Shown: positions 1 through 9,220, numbered from the stretch's first letter. The stretch: DNA of 64,000 bases from Candidatus Thorarchaeota archaeon (GCA_016933575.1 JAFGAR010000151.1:133338-197337), one strand, 5' to 3'. A program made the numbers and translations. Notes: a model not told the origin generated them from the sequence alone.

Positions 1-36
1 AAGTAACCTTGTGATTTCTTCTCTTCTCGTCAACAT
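1..36 (-). CDS. 5' end of a gene running off the window edge; probable archaeal wHTH transcriptional regulator (MLTRREEITRLL...)
   Basis: Reverse complement of 1-36 reads ATG TTG ACG AGA AGA GAA GAA ATC ACA AGG TTA CTT. The 'TRRE.I..LL' start is typical of small archaeal HTH/Zn-ribbon regulators; it is divergent from nre. Only 12 codons are visible. Confidence 0.45.
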   Translation of the reverse strand, partial: MLTRREEITRLL

Positions 37-210
37 GATATTGTTCCAACCTATCATCTGTCTGATTACGTATGAATGCTTTGATTATGTAAAGAAGATT
101 TACTAGCACCTTGTTTGACTCGGTAGTCTTGAGAGATAGATATAGGTCCAAATCCTTAGAAGGATACAGTACTTCTATTAGATGAAAAGACCACTTATGG
201 TTGATGTTGG

Positions 211-1473
211 ATGCCTCAGACGAAATTAGTTTCCACACCTTCCTCACCAAGACAACTATCCTATGATGAGAGAGTGTGTTCTAATTGTATGGGGCATAGA
301 GCCCTATGCGGAGTTCGACCTTGTCCCTTACTTATGCGGGCAAAGGCTATGGCAAAGATTGATGATGCTTTTACTGGAACAGAACTTACTGGCGCTTCTC
401 CTCCCTCCGTATTCATTGGAGAAACTGGTTATCCAAAGGTGCTAGCAGGTCCATTGATTCCTCCAGTTCGAGTTGATGAGGCACCACTCATGGAGCGGCC
501 TGACCTCTGGTTGAACCACACAATTGATGAGATACTAGCTCTTCGATTCAGTCTTGTTAGAACAAAAAAGTATACTGCGGTAGATGCAGCAGTCAATCCT
601 CCTCGAGACTTGGCTGAGACTCAGACTCTTGCATTATCAGACTCAGCACTATTTTCTGAAGCATCTCTCTTGAAGAAACCTTCTTTCACGTCTGTATTCT
701 CTGATAGGACTCTTCCTATCGGTCCTTCTGCACCTCTTCGAGACTTCAGATTGGAGGACAATCCAAAGATTCCCAAGTCTGTTGATAGAATCACCTCAGA
801 CACTGATCTGAAGGCAGGCAGTGGAGTGATGGATCTTTTCGAGGATGGAATTCGTCAAGAGCACATCACCCGATTGCTCTCTGTAGGTGTCCTTGGGCAG
901 AAGAAGAAAAGACGTCTAGTTCCAACAAAGTGGAGCATCACTGCGATTGATGATATTGTTGGAAGACGTCTTCACAAACAAGTCTTACGATTTCCTTCCA
1001 TCAATGATTTTCTCGTTAGTATTGATCATGCATTAGGAAACACAGTAGCAATCTTGTTCTTTCCAAGTGGTTGGCAATTTGAGGCAATGGAGTCTTGGCT
1101 CGGAGGATTGAATCCTACGATAATCAACGACTATGAATTTGGCAAGGGTCGGAAAGACTATGCAAAATATGTCGTTGGTGCTTATTATGCCACTCGACTA
1201 CCAGCTCTGGAATATCTGGTCAGTATTCGTAGACAATCTGGTGTCATTGTCTTTATGGAGATTGATCCTCAGATATGGATCCCTCTTGGTGTGTGGCGTT
1301 TCAGAGAAATTGCTAAGAGAGCCCTAGAAAAAGGTGTTAAGAAATTCCAGAGTATGGATGAGGCTACTGCAGAGATAGGAAAATATCTTCGGAATCCACT
1401 TCACCGTTGGCTCAATAAAAGCAAACTCTATGGAGAATACAGAACCCAGACCAAGCTCTCCGATTTTATTTAA
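211..1473 (+). CDS. nreA: Nre family DNA repair protein (PCNA-interacting)
   Basis: N-terminal CxxC..LCG..CP, SPPSVFIG..GYPKV..GP, RRLVPTKWSITAID, GAYYATRL and PLGVW motifs; C-terminal PIP box QTKLSDFI. Confidence 0.9.
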   Translation: MPQTKLVSTPSSPRQLSYDERVCSNCMGHRALCGVRPCPLLMRAKAMAKIDDAFTGTELTGASPPSVFIGETGYPKVLAGPLIPPVRVDEAPLMERPDLWLNHTIDEILALRFSLVRTKKYTAVDAAVNPPRDLAETQTLALSDSALFSEASLLKKPSFTSVFSDRTLPIGPSAPLRDFRLEDNPKIPKSVDRITSDTDLKAGSGVMDLFEDGIRQEHITRLLSVGVLGQKKKRRLVPTKWSITAIDDIVGRRLHKQVLRFPSINDFLVSIDHALGNTVAILFFPSGWQFEAMESWLGGLNPTIINDYEFGKGRKDYAKYVVGAYYATRLPALEYLVSIRRQSGVIVFMEIDPQIWIPLGVWRFREIAKRALEKGVKKFQSMDEATAEIGKYLRNPLHRWLNKSKLYGEYRTQTKLSDFI

Positions 1474-1546
1474 TCGTGAACTATGTATCTATCATACATT
1501 TTCTTTTAATACATAATTTGCAATGACATCTTGGAGAGTTTGATAT

Positions 1547-2899
1547 ATGCGCGCTACTAAAAGTAAGCTAATGACCCTGTGGGTCTTAGTTCTCTTAATC
1601 ATACCCTTTGCTTTCCTCCCGACCACGACTGCCTGGGAAGCAGGTGATGAAGCTGGGCTTTTCGGACACACGTTTGAAGAAGAGTACTGGACAAACAGCT
1701 CGATACTAGTCGAAGGCGAGGATGGAACGAATTCAAGTGTGACTGCATCGTTTGTACATGTTGGAGAATTTTCAGCCTTCTTACTGGCCTTTAACAATGC
1801 AAACAAGACAGATGGAACCCAATTGATATTACCCTACTAACTATTTGGTATGCATTTCAAGACACCACAAGATAGAGAGGTATTCATTGGAGCAATCTTC
1901 GCGTTCTTATTGGTCCATAACGAAACGTTCGGAAGCAACAATCTGCCTGACATGGGTCATGATGACGCATGGTATATCGTTCCTCTGGCCTCAGATACTA
2001 CATGGCCCGATGCCCGACCTTCTGTAGAACCAATTCCTGCTACAGAGGTCAGTGATGGACATTATAGATTTGGAATGAGATATTACAATCTAACCTGTAG
2101 AGTCGTTGATGCAAACAATCCAATTGGATTCTGGTTGTCATTAGCCATACCATTCCTGACAGTTCTATTCTCGGAATTCACTGTTCAATATGACATCATC
2201 ATAGGCGAAGATGGATCGGTGAGTGCTGAAACGTTGTATACAATTGGGCAAGTAACACGTGCTAAGGACTTGTTCATCGAGCGACCTACATCAGATTTCC
2301 TCAACGAGACAATGGAGATCTCAGCTGTGCATTTTCTATCTGTATTCACATCTCAGTACACAGTTTCTCGCTCAACAGATGGCAATACTATAACCCCACC
2401 CACACAAACCACTCCCCTCGATTATAACATTACGATTGGAGTCGGCAGCAATAATGAACGTGCTTTCGATATTGGAATGGGTCAAGAATATGCTCTTGTG
2501 AATGAAACCAGCGATCCGTGGACAACTATATCCGATTCAGAAACTGCACTGAACACACTCTTAGGAGTTCACCTCAGCGATCTCATCCTGATTGCTTGGC
2601 AAGCTCCATTATCTGCTTTCCTCTTTGCTCACATGGCTTATGGGCTGTCTGCTCAGATGAGAAACACCTACTCATCAGTATCTGCAATGGTGACCAATGT
2701 CAATACTGCTTTCACCAATACTAATTGGTGGTATGCTGTGACCTTCCCCGAGTGGAATGGTTATCGTGTGCAACAGGACCCAGTATATACAGCATATACG
2801 AACTTGGCTATTGAGCCAGATAGTAGTGGTCTTGGTGTTGTCGTACTTCTTGTTGTAGGAGTTCTTGCAGTTATCTGGATTATCCGTCGTCGTCGTTGA
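1547..2899 (+). pseudogene. Secreted, C-terminally anchored surface glycoprotein interrupted by one in-frame TAA (1838-1840)
   Basis: ORFs 1547-1840 and 1850-2899 share a frame and read ...LILPY*LFGMHFKTP.... The first part has the signal peptide; the second ends in a TM helix plus RRRR. The joined product has 8 N-x-S/T sequons. Confidence 0.7.
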
Positions 2900-2913
2900 T
2901 ACTTATCTGATTA

Positions 2914-2953
2914 CCTTGGAGTCGCATCTGTGTACTCCAAGGCCTCTTTTTTT
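2914..2953 (+). terminator. Hairpin plus T-run terminator
   Basis: CCTTGGAGT...ACTCCAAGG inverted repeat followed by a T-run, just after the stop at 2899. Confidence 0.6.
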
Positions 2954-3009
2954 GACATAGGGTAATTTAAGAGAAGCAATTTGGATTCTATTAGTAGAGG
3001 ACCTGAGCA

Positions 3010-4536
3010 GTGATTTACGAAAAACTATGTCGAGTGAGTTCAAGGACTCCGTTATTCTCACGCATCAGTAAGAGAAAGGATGACAAGGACCTTACTAGAG
3101 CTGTACGCTTTTTGGCTCCCATAATGAAGGTGACAGTCGAAGGCATAGTTGCTGCTGCGTATCTATCTGCATTATTGGTTCTTATTGGTGCCTCTCTTTC
3201 TCTCCTCTTCTTTGGAGTAGATTTTCTTATTATAGTCCCCCTCTCCGCAATGCTCTGTGTACTTGTCTACTATATTGTCATTAATTATCCCGTTTCAATG
3301 ATGAATAGTTACAAATTAGGTCTCTCTGAAGAAGCAGACATTGTCTACGAACAGTTCATTCTCGTCTTTCAGACTGGTGGTACAATCTTCGATGCTATTG
3401 AGATGGTCGCTCAATCAGAACATCCCTACCTATCAAAAGCGTTTCAGATGATGTTAGAACGAATATCTGAAGGAGTTCCTCCAGAGGAATGTCTAATGGA
3501 GTTCGCCAAAGATCAACCTTCTGATGACATTAGACGCTATTTTACTACCATTGTTTCTTCACGGGAAAGACGGACTGAACTCCTTGATGAGATCTCAGGA
3601 GAATCGTATGAAGCAGACCTTGCACTCCGACAGAAGAACCTTGAACTTGAGAGTAGGATTTTGATAGTTTCAGCTCTTGTGACCTATGTCCCGATTATGC
3701 TTACTCTTGCAGTTTCCTTGTCTGGTTATGCAACACAACCTATCGTAATACTACTTGCTCCTCTTTTCATTTTCCTTAATGCTATACTTCGAAGCCGTTT
3801 TTCCAGACAGTTCTCAGCATATTTTGACCGACCTCGTGCATCATCAATCATTCCTCCTACACAGAATGATATCTTAATGGAGTATGACGAATTTCTGAAT
3901 TTTCTTATTCTACTAGGACAACGTCTAAGCTTAGGGGATACACTTGAAGTAGCATTGGCTGAGATACGAGATGATTTGGAGCCTACTTTGCAAAGGCTGA
4001 TTGATATAGCAATGACCTCAATCTATCAAGAACATACCAGTAGCCTAGAGGCCATGCAGAGAGCATCAGATGCAGCTATTGGTCAGAGAGTATCTCAAAT
4101 GTTAAAGATGATAGCTCTCATGAGCGAGACCTCAACATATGACACTGGTGAACGTATCTCGAAGATTGCAGCACGTCTCATAAAGCGCTCAGCAGTAGCA
4201 AAGGAACGAGATTCGATCATTGCTGCTCAACGATTGAAAGTGTATCTTCTCACAATCACAAGTGCCGCAGTTTTAGGTATGCTTGCTTCTTTGGCTCCAT
4301 TCCTATTCATTGGTTCTCTATTGAGCCACGGACCTACATGGACCCCTGGATCCCTCTCTGCACTAGATATTGCACCATTACTCATTACCTTGGGCATTAC
4401 AACACTCTCAATGGGATACCAAAACACACGAATGGTTGGCGGGAGAAGACCACTTCTCATATCTCTGGTTTGCATGCTTCTGTTCTGGGTCGCATTTGCT
4501 TTTTCATCAACTTTGATGGGTCTGAATCTAGTGTAG
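3010..4536 (+). CDS. Type II secretion/type IV pilus platform protein (T2SS-F, TadC/FlaJ-like)
   Basis: Two repeats of TM helices plus a cytoplasmic helical domain (G.T...A+E..A; LSKAF..ML.RI..G.PPEE.L; LG.TLEVAL). Confidence 0.7.
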   Translation: MIYEKLCRVSSRTPLFSRISKRKDDKDLTRAVRFLAPIMKVTVEGIVAAAYLSALLVLIGASLSLLFFGVDFLIIVPLSAMLCVLVYYIVINYPVSMMNSYKLGLSEEADIVYEQFILVFQTGGTIFDAIEMVAQSEHPYLSKAFQMMLERISEGVPPEECLMEFAKDQPSDDIRRYFTTIVSSRERRTELLDEISGESYEADLALRQKNLELESRILIVSALVTYVPIMLTLAVSLSGYATQPIVILLAPLFIFLNAILRSRFSRQFSAYFDRPRASSIIPPTQNDILMEYDEFLNFLILLGQRLSLGDTLEVALAEIRDDLEPTLQRLIDIAMTSIYQEHTSSLEAMQRASDAAIGQRVSQMLKMIALMSETSTYDTGERISKIAARLIKRSAVAKERDSIIAAQRLKVYLLTITSAAVLGMLASLAPFLFIGSLLSHGPTWTPGSLSALDIAPLLITLGITTLSMGYQNTRMVGGRRPLLISLVCMLLFWVAFAFSSTLMGLNLV

Positions 4537-4591
4537 TATAGTTTATTTGTAGCCGTGAGGAATGCGGAAGTAGTTAGCTTGAGGTGTTATC

Positions 4592-5236
4592 ATGCTTCAA
4601 ATTCCATTTCTAGACTGGACACTTCCTGAAATCATGGCATTCTTCCAAGATGATTGGATATTGGCATGGGTTCTAATACTATCAGGAGGTCTCTTAGCTA
4701 TCTGGCTGCTTGAGAATATTACAGACCCAATTCCATTGCTGGGCTCAATATTCGATCTGCTTGTACATGTGGGAACCTTCATCGGGTTCTTCGTGGGAAT
4801 ACTGGATATTTTCGTTGGATACGTGGTCTGGACTTTACAGCCCGGAGCAGCCATTGTTGCTGCTGTATTGGTTCTTATGGGATTCTCCCTCGTGATGAGA
4901 GTTCTCTCCAAGTTTCCACTTGCTCTAGTATTCGCTCTTGGTGTTGCAGTCTTTGGAGCCGCGACAATCTATGGCTTGTTGACTCCCTATGTAACAACGC
5001 CTATCATTGGTGAATACATTGCTTGGTTCACATCTGGTAAGGGTCTGCTTGTTATCGGATTCATTATCTTCTGTGTTGCCTATGTGATAGGTGGTCTGAT
5101 AATTAAACTCATACAGTTAATTGGCAAGATCTTTGCGTCTGTACCAGTGAGTGTTCTCGTTGGACTTGCAGCAATTGGTGTTGGTGTAATTGTGATTCTC
5201 AATCCTGCACTACTTGGCCTTATTGCTTGGCCATGA
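4592..5236 (+). CDS. Polytopic membrane protein, function unknown
   Basis: About 6-7 hydrophobic helices; GAGGTG RBS upstream. Confidence 0.75.
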   Translation: MLQIPFLDWTLPEIMAFFQDDWILAWVLILSGGLLAIWLLENITDPIPLLGSIFDLLVHVGTFIGFFVGILDIFVGYVVWTLQPGAAIVAAVLVLMGFSLVMRVLSKFPLALVFALGVAVFGAATIYGLLTPYVTTPIIGEYIAWFTSGKGLLVIGFIIFCVAYVIGGLIIKLIQLIGKIFASVPVSVLVGLAAIGVGVIVILNPALLGLIAWP

Positions 5237-5240
5237 GTAT

Positions 5241-5260
5241 AGAGAGGGTTTTCCCTCTCT
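5241..5260. terminator. Hairpin between convergent genes
   Basis: AGAGAGGG-TTTT-CCCTCTCT perfect 8-bp stem followed by T-rich sequence. Confidence 0.55.
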
Positions 5261-5270
5261 CTTATTTTTA

Positions 5271-5537
5271 TTAGCCTGATGATGGTTTTCTAATCTCTCG
5301 GAAGAAGAGGAACTTAAGGTCCCTGTCACTATAGAATTGGGCAGCATCCTCAATGGATTTCTTTGCTGCTTTAATCCCATCAATTGCCTTAGAAAAGTAT
5401 AGTTTCTTGTCAGGGTCTGTTTGAACATCTGAGAGTGTGAATCCCTCAGGTAGTTCAAATTCCTCTGGTGCCAATAATGCCACTCGAAAACAAGACATAC
5501 CCTCTATTGATTCCAACCAGAGTTCACAATATGTCAT
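5271..5537 (-). CDS. Small hypothetical protein
   Basis: 88-aa ORF, ATG preceded by GAGGATG RBS-like sequence; fills the gap between genes. Confidence 0.7.
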   Translation of the reverse strand: MTYCELWLESIEGMSCFRVALLAPEEFELPEGFTLSDVQTDPDKKLYFSKAIDGIKAAKKSIEDAAQFYSDRDLKFLFFREIRKPSSG

Positions 5538-5751
5538 GATTCATCCTCATTTTCAGTTTCAATGTAGTCATTTATCGCGTTTCAAAAAGGTCCCTAAATA
5601 TTTAAGTTGCGCTTCATACCTTTGAAATATCCGATGTTCCCAAGAGTTCATATAGTATGTTTGCATGTATTCTAACTGATTCAAGTAGTTACGAATACAG
5701 TCTATTTGAATTAGTTAGACATAGACTCGATTCCTGAAGGAGGCGATACAT

Positions 5752-6297
5752 CTGAGTGACGACGCAGATAAGAAGAAGATAATCAGTGTTACAATGAGCC
5801 AGTCACTTGTAGGTAGAATTGACGAGTTGGTATCAGATAGAACTGGTCGTTCTCGTGCTCAATTGATAGAGGATGCAGTGCGCTGGTTTCTTGATTTCAC
5901 TGTGCATAAATGGAATGAACGTGGACTCTATGTCAATAATTCAAGGTCCATTTTTGAATCCGAAACTATCTCTTCATTGTTCTTTTCGAAAATGACTCCC
6001 AATGAACAATATGAACTTGGATTGACTGCTGGTGGTCAGTCTCCAATTGCGGACGTCATAAACCTATTCCATGGTGTCGACCCGGGAGATAAAAAGAATC
6101 GAGAACTTGTGCTACGATTGTTGCAAGACAATGGTTGGGGATCAATTTCTATAAACGATCAAGGACTGATAGTTATTGGTAGTCCATTCTATCCAGCTTC
6201 ATTCATTCGTGGCTATCTGGAGAAGCTCCTCAAAGTCAAGTTAGAAGCAATAGAAACTCACGATAAAGAGAATGTTGCACTTAAGATAATCAAATGA
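5752..6297 (+). CDS. Ribbon-helix-helix (CopG-like) regulator with C-terminal V4R-like domain
   Basis: KKIISVTMSQSLVGRIDELV...RSRAQLIEDAVR is an RHH pattern; GWG motif in the C-domain. The RHH beta-strand lies upstream of the tracked ATG 5794; an in-frame CTG at 5752 follows GGAGG. Confidence 0.7.
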   Translation: MSDDADKKKIISVTMSQSLVGRIDELVSDRTGRSRAQLIEDAVRWFLDFTVHKWNERGLYVNNSRSIFESETISSLFFSKMTPNEQYELGLTAGGQSPIADVINLFHGVDPGDKKNRELVLRLLQDNGWGSISINDQGLIVIGSPFYPASFIRGYLEKLLKVKLEAIETHDKENVALKIIK

Positions 6298-6349
6298 GAT
6301 TTTCCTAGTCCGTAATGCAATGAATTGCAGCCCAGTCATTATCACAATC

Positions 6350-6775
6350 TTACCATTCCTGGCCAATCTCAAGAATCTCGAATTCACTCTCATAGAGACC
6401 TGGAATATTATTTATCGTTCTTCTGATATCGGGCTCTTTAGTTCTAATATTATCCGCAGAGAAGTACACCTCATAGATGCATCGATTTTCTTCAAAACAG
6501 AATCCTGTAGTGAAGAGCACTTTCAGATCATGATGTTTAAAGAGCTGTGTCATTGTTTGCATGAGTGCAGGATTGACCTTTTCAACCTCAAGTCTAACAC
6601 GGGCTCCACCTTCTTTCATCATGGGAATAAGCCTAATCTCGCCTGATCTCTCGAAGAAGATCACCATGGCGGCTTTCATATCCTTGAGAGCTTCATTTTG
6701 GAAGAAATCCTCAGGAAGCTTGATCTCTCTCTTCCGGTGAACGTCTGCAATCATTCCCTTTGTCAGTCCGGCCAC
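6350..6775 (-). CDS. Hypothetical protein, possible AbrB-like N-terminus plus ACT-like C-terminal domain
   Basis: GTG start with GAGGCG RBS; beta-alpha-beta-beta-alpha-beta pattern in the C-terminal half. Confidence 0.55.
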   Translation of the reverse strand: MAGLTKGMIADVHRKREIKLPEDFFQNEALKDMKAAMVIFFERSGEIRLIPMMKEGGARVRLEVEKVNPALMQTMTQLFKHHDLKVLFTTGFCFEENRCIYEVYFSADNIRTKEPDIRRTINNIPGLYESEFEILEIGQEW

Positions 6776-6957
6776 GCATATCGCCTCTTACCTTTCAGTA
6801 TGCCATGCGTCATTGGAGTATTTGTATCTTCGTGCCATCTACTAATAGACATTTCTGGATAGCTTCTTCGCGTTTTTTTAGTCTTCTACTCGTCATAACA
6901 CATAAAACTAGATGTAATTGTGGATGAAATTATAAATAATTATAGGAGAATCGAACA

Positions 6958-7080
6958 ATGGCAAAAGAAGGAGCTATCTATGTATGTGATATCTGTCAAC
7001 AAGTTATTGAAGTTAAGAAATCTGGTGTTGGTACGCTAGTGTGTTGTGGAAAGCCAATGCGTCTCTACGAAGATGACTAA
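6958..7080 (+). CDS. Desulforedoxin / desulfoferrodoxin FeS4 iron-binding domain protein (40 aa; not in ORF track)
   Basis: Translates to MAKEGAIYVCDICQQVIEVKKSGVGTLVCCGKPMRLYEDD, with the YxCxxC...GxLxCCGxPM signature; AGGAG RBS and TATAAA upstream. Confidence 0.9.
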   Translation: MAKEGAIYVCDICQQVIEVKKSGVGTLVCCGKPMRLYEDD

Positions 7081-7134
7081 ATCAGCCACTGACTTCCACA
7101 TCTGTGCAAGTGTACCTTCTCATTAAGAACACTT

Positions 7135-7150
7135 GATAATGTTTATATTC
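7135..7150 (+). promoter_or_regulatory. BRE/TATA promoter of RPB5-like copy 1
   Basis: GATAATGTTTATAT; TTTATAT at 7142 lies 50 nt before ATG 7192. The same motif recurs before copy 2. Confidence 0.6.
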
Positions 7151-7191
7151 TTTCCAAGTTGGCGAAGCAAAGTTCCCAGGGGTGTTTTTCC

Positions 7192-7749
7192 ATGATTGAA
7201 CTGCCTAACACAGTCGTGAAAACCAGAGGTCTTCTCAATCTCCGTTCTTACAAGACTGATCAGCTACTAGAGTACGAAGATAAGTATGTCATGTACCCGA
7301 TCAAAGAAGTTGGCGGAGTACGTTCAAAATATGTAGTCTGGATTCTCAAAGAACCTAAGGTCGTCGGAATTGCTTTTGTCAAAGATATAGCTCGTAAAAT
7401 GGAAGAAGAGGAAGCCCAGAGGGGACTACTTGTTGGTGGGATTCGCTTTACTCCAGCAGCTAAGAAGGAGGCCGCTTCAGCTCGAGTGGAACTGATTGAG
7501 GGTGGGTATGCATCATTCGATCTCTTTCAACATGAACTAGTGCCCCCACACATGATTGCATCAGACGATGAAGTAAAACTAGTTCTTAACCATTTTAAGA
7601 TTAGCAAGACTCAACTTCCACGAATAAGTACCGATGACCCGGCAGTTCGAGTTCTAGGTGCCGTTTCTGGTCAGGTACTTCGAATTGAACGCGAGAGTGA
7701 GACCTCCGGCAAGTCTTACTACTATAGACTGGTTGCTCGTGGTAGTTAG
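7192..7749 (+). CDS. rpoH: RNA polymerase subunit Rpo5/RPB5, full-length eukaryote-type (N-terminal jaw domain plus RpoH domain), copy 1
   Basis: C-terminal HELVPPH...QLPRI..DDP..R.LGA..GQV.RI.R.SETSG...YRLV; N-terminal EPKVVGI..VK....M.EE...RGLLV....TPAAK as in RPB5. ATG 7192 follows GGGGTG. Confidence 0.88.
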   Translation: MIELPNTVVKTRGLLNLRSYKTDQLLEYEDKYVMYPIKEVGGVRSKYVVWILKEPKVVGIAFVKDIARKMEEEEAQRGLLVGGIRFTPAAKKEAASARVELIEGGYASFDLFQHELVPPHMIASDDEVKLVLNHFKISKTQLPRISTDDPAVRVLGAVSGQVLRIERESETSGKSYYYRLVARGS

Positions 7750-7774
7750 TGATTCACAAAAGTAGCATCTATTA

Positions 7775-7790
7775 GACAATGTTTATATCA
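7775..7790 (+). promoter_or_regulatory. BRE/TATA promoter of RPB5-like copy 2
   Basis: GACAATGTTTATAT; TTTATAT at 7782 lies 49 nt before TTG 7831. Confidence 0.6.
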
Positions 7791-7818
7791 AACCATCCAA
7801 AATGGTTCATTGTAATGG

Positions 7819-8388
7819 ATGTTTTTTATATTGTCTGAGATTCCAAAAATTGTAGAGAAGACTCGTGCCCTTCTCGGACTTAGAGGTTTTAGCACGATTG
7901 AATTACTTGAATATGATGACAGATACGTAATGCATCCGACTAAGGATGTTGATGATCGAACACTCAAGTACGTTGTTTGGATCCTGAAACAAGAACGTGT
8001 AGTAGGCGTTGCAGTAGTACGTGAACTCGCCAAAGAAATGGAGGAACTCGAAGCACCTCGAGGAATGCTTGTTGGTGGAGATCGTTTTACTCCTGCATCC
8101 AAGAAGTTCGCAAAATCTGCAAGAGTCGAATTGGTCGAAGGCAACTATTCCTCGTTTGATCTATTCGGTCATGAACTTGTTCCCCCTCACATTATTGCTG
8201 AACCCACAGAGGTCGAACGCGTTTTAGACCATTATAAGATTAAGAAGACTCAGCTACCAAGAATTCGCACATCTGATGCTGCTGCGAGAGTTTTAGGTGC
8301 TCGAGCAGGTCAGGTTGTCCGAATTCTAAGAGATAGTGATACTGCGGGTGATTCCTATTATTATCGACTTGTAGTAGAACATAGTTGA
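7819..8388 (+). CDS. rpoH: RNA polymerase subunit Rpo5/RPB5, full-length eukaryote-type, copy 2 (likely start TTG 7831)
   Basis: Gap-free colinear paralogue of copy 1; HELVPPH, QLPRI, GQVVRI.R.S.TAG..YYYRLV. Confidence 0.88.
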   Translation: MFFILSEIPKIVEKTRALLGLRGFSTIELLEYDDRYVMHPTKDVDDRTLKYVVWILKQERVVGVAVVRELAKEMEELEAPRGMLVGGDRFTPASKKFAKSARVELVEGNYSSFDLFGHELVPPHIIAEPTEVERVLDHYKIKKTQLPRIRTSDAAARVLGARAGQVVRILRDSDTAGDSYYYRLVVEHS

Positions 8389-8391
8389 TGA

Positions 8392-9156
8392 TTATACAAC
8401 AATGATTCCCATTAGTATAGCAGCAATGAACATCACAACACATGAGATCATTGGAAGAGTAACATTGTCTGTTCCTTTAGGACTCACAAGTTCTACAAGA
8501 GTGGCTGTGGTAGCTCCAATGAGAGCAAGAACAACCATGTTGATATAATCAGCAGTAGTGATAAACACTCCATAATTAACAATCCCAAACCACCAGAATG
8601 CGATTATTGCACCCAAAAAACCAAAGATGAAGAGTGCTAAGCATCCGTGAGTGCTTCTCTTTGACCCAAAGATTGTGCGTGTGCAATTTGTTCCATATTT
8701 CATACCAATCGGGGCACTCATTCCATCGCCAAGCATCATGATATGAATTGCAGCTGCAGGTATGAAATATATCGCCTCATTTCCTGTGAAGGTGAAAATT
8801 GCAGTAAGGATAGTAATAGAAACTGCATACCAGAAAGGTCCTCTAACACTACCATGTTCCAGATCTTCCGGTCGTGCCATCGCTGCAAAGAATCGGCCGA
8901 AACGCTCTGAATTTGCCATACCTAGCATCAAGACGAATGTGAGTGCTACGAAAGTTGCAACCCAAGGATGTGGATAAAACGGGACTGTCCAAATTGCTGC
9001 TCCCGCGAATAGATGCACTATCTTTCTTGTAAAATCTGAACCAAAGTTCATCTTTCTCCTCGCGACATCTGCAATTGTAAGTATGATAATGGCATAAATT
9101 ATTGCGATGAAGAAGACTATAATATCATCCAGAACAATGGTGAAATCAACCTGCAA
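8392..9156 (-). CDS. Dolichol/phytol (polyprenol) kinase, CTP-dependent membrane kinase family
   Basis: TRKIVH, GDGMSA.IG.KYG, KRS..G and DNVTLP motifs; multiple TM helices. Confidence 0.85.
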   Translation of the reverse strand: MQVDFTIVLDDIIVFFIAIIYAIIILTIADVARRKMNFGSDFTRKIVHLFAGAAIWTVPFYPHPWVATFVALTFVLMLGMANSERFGRFFAAMARPEDLEHGSVRGPFWYAVSITILTAIFTFTGNEAIYFIPAAAIHIMMLGDGMSAPIGMKYGTNCTRTIFGSKRSTHGCLALFIFGFLGAIIAFWWFGIVNYGVFITTADYINMVVLALIGATTATLVELVSPKGTDNVTLPMISCVVMFIAAILMGIIVV

Positions 9157-9220
9157 GATAATCGTTCTCCAGAATTAATGCCATGAAAACTAGGGAATAT
9201 AGTTATCGGCAGTTGTAAAA

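Noticed and set aside
1838-1840. Stop-codon reassignment or Sec/Pyl insertion at the in-frame stop
   Set aside because: The codon is TAA, not TGA/TAG, and TAA is a true stop in nre, desulforedoxin and cdc48.
7159-8388. Mrr-type restriction endonucleases, or an assembly duplication artefact
   Set aside because: The C-termini are unmistakably RpoH and no intact nuclease motif is evident; the copies differ at about 37% of residues, too many for an artefact.
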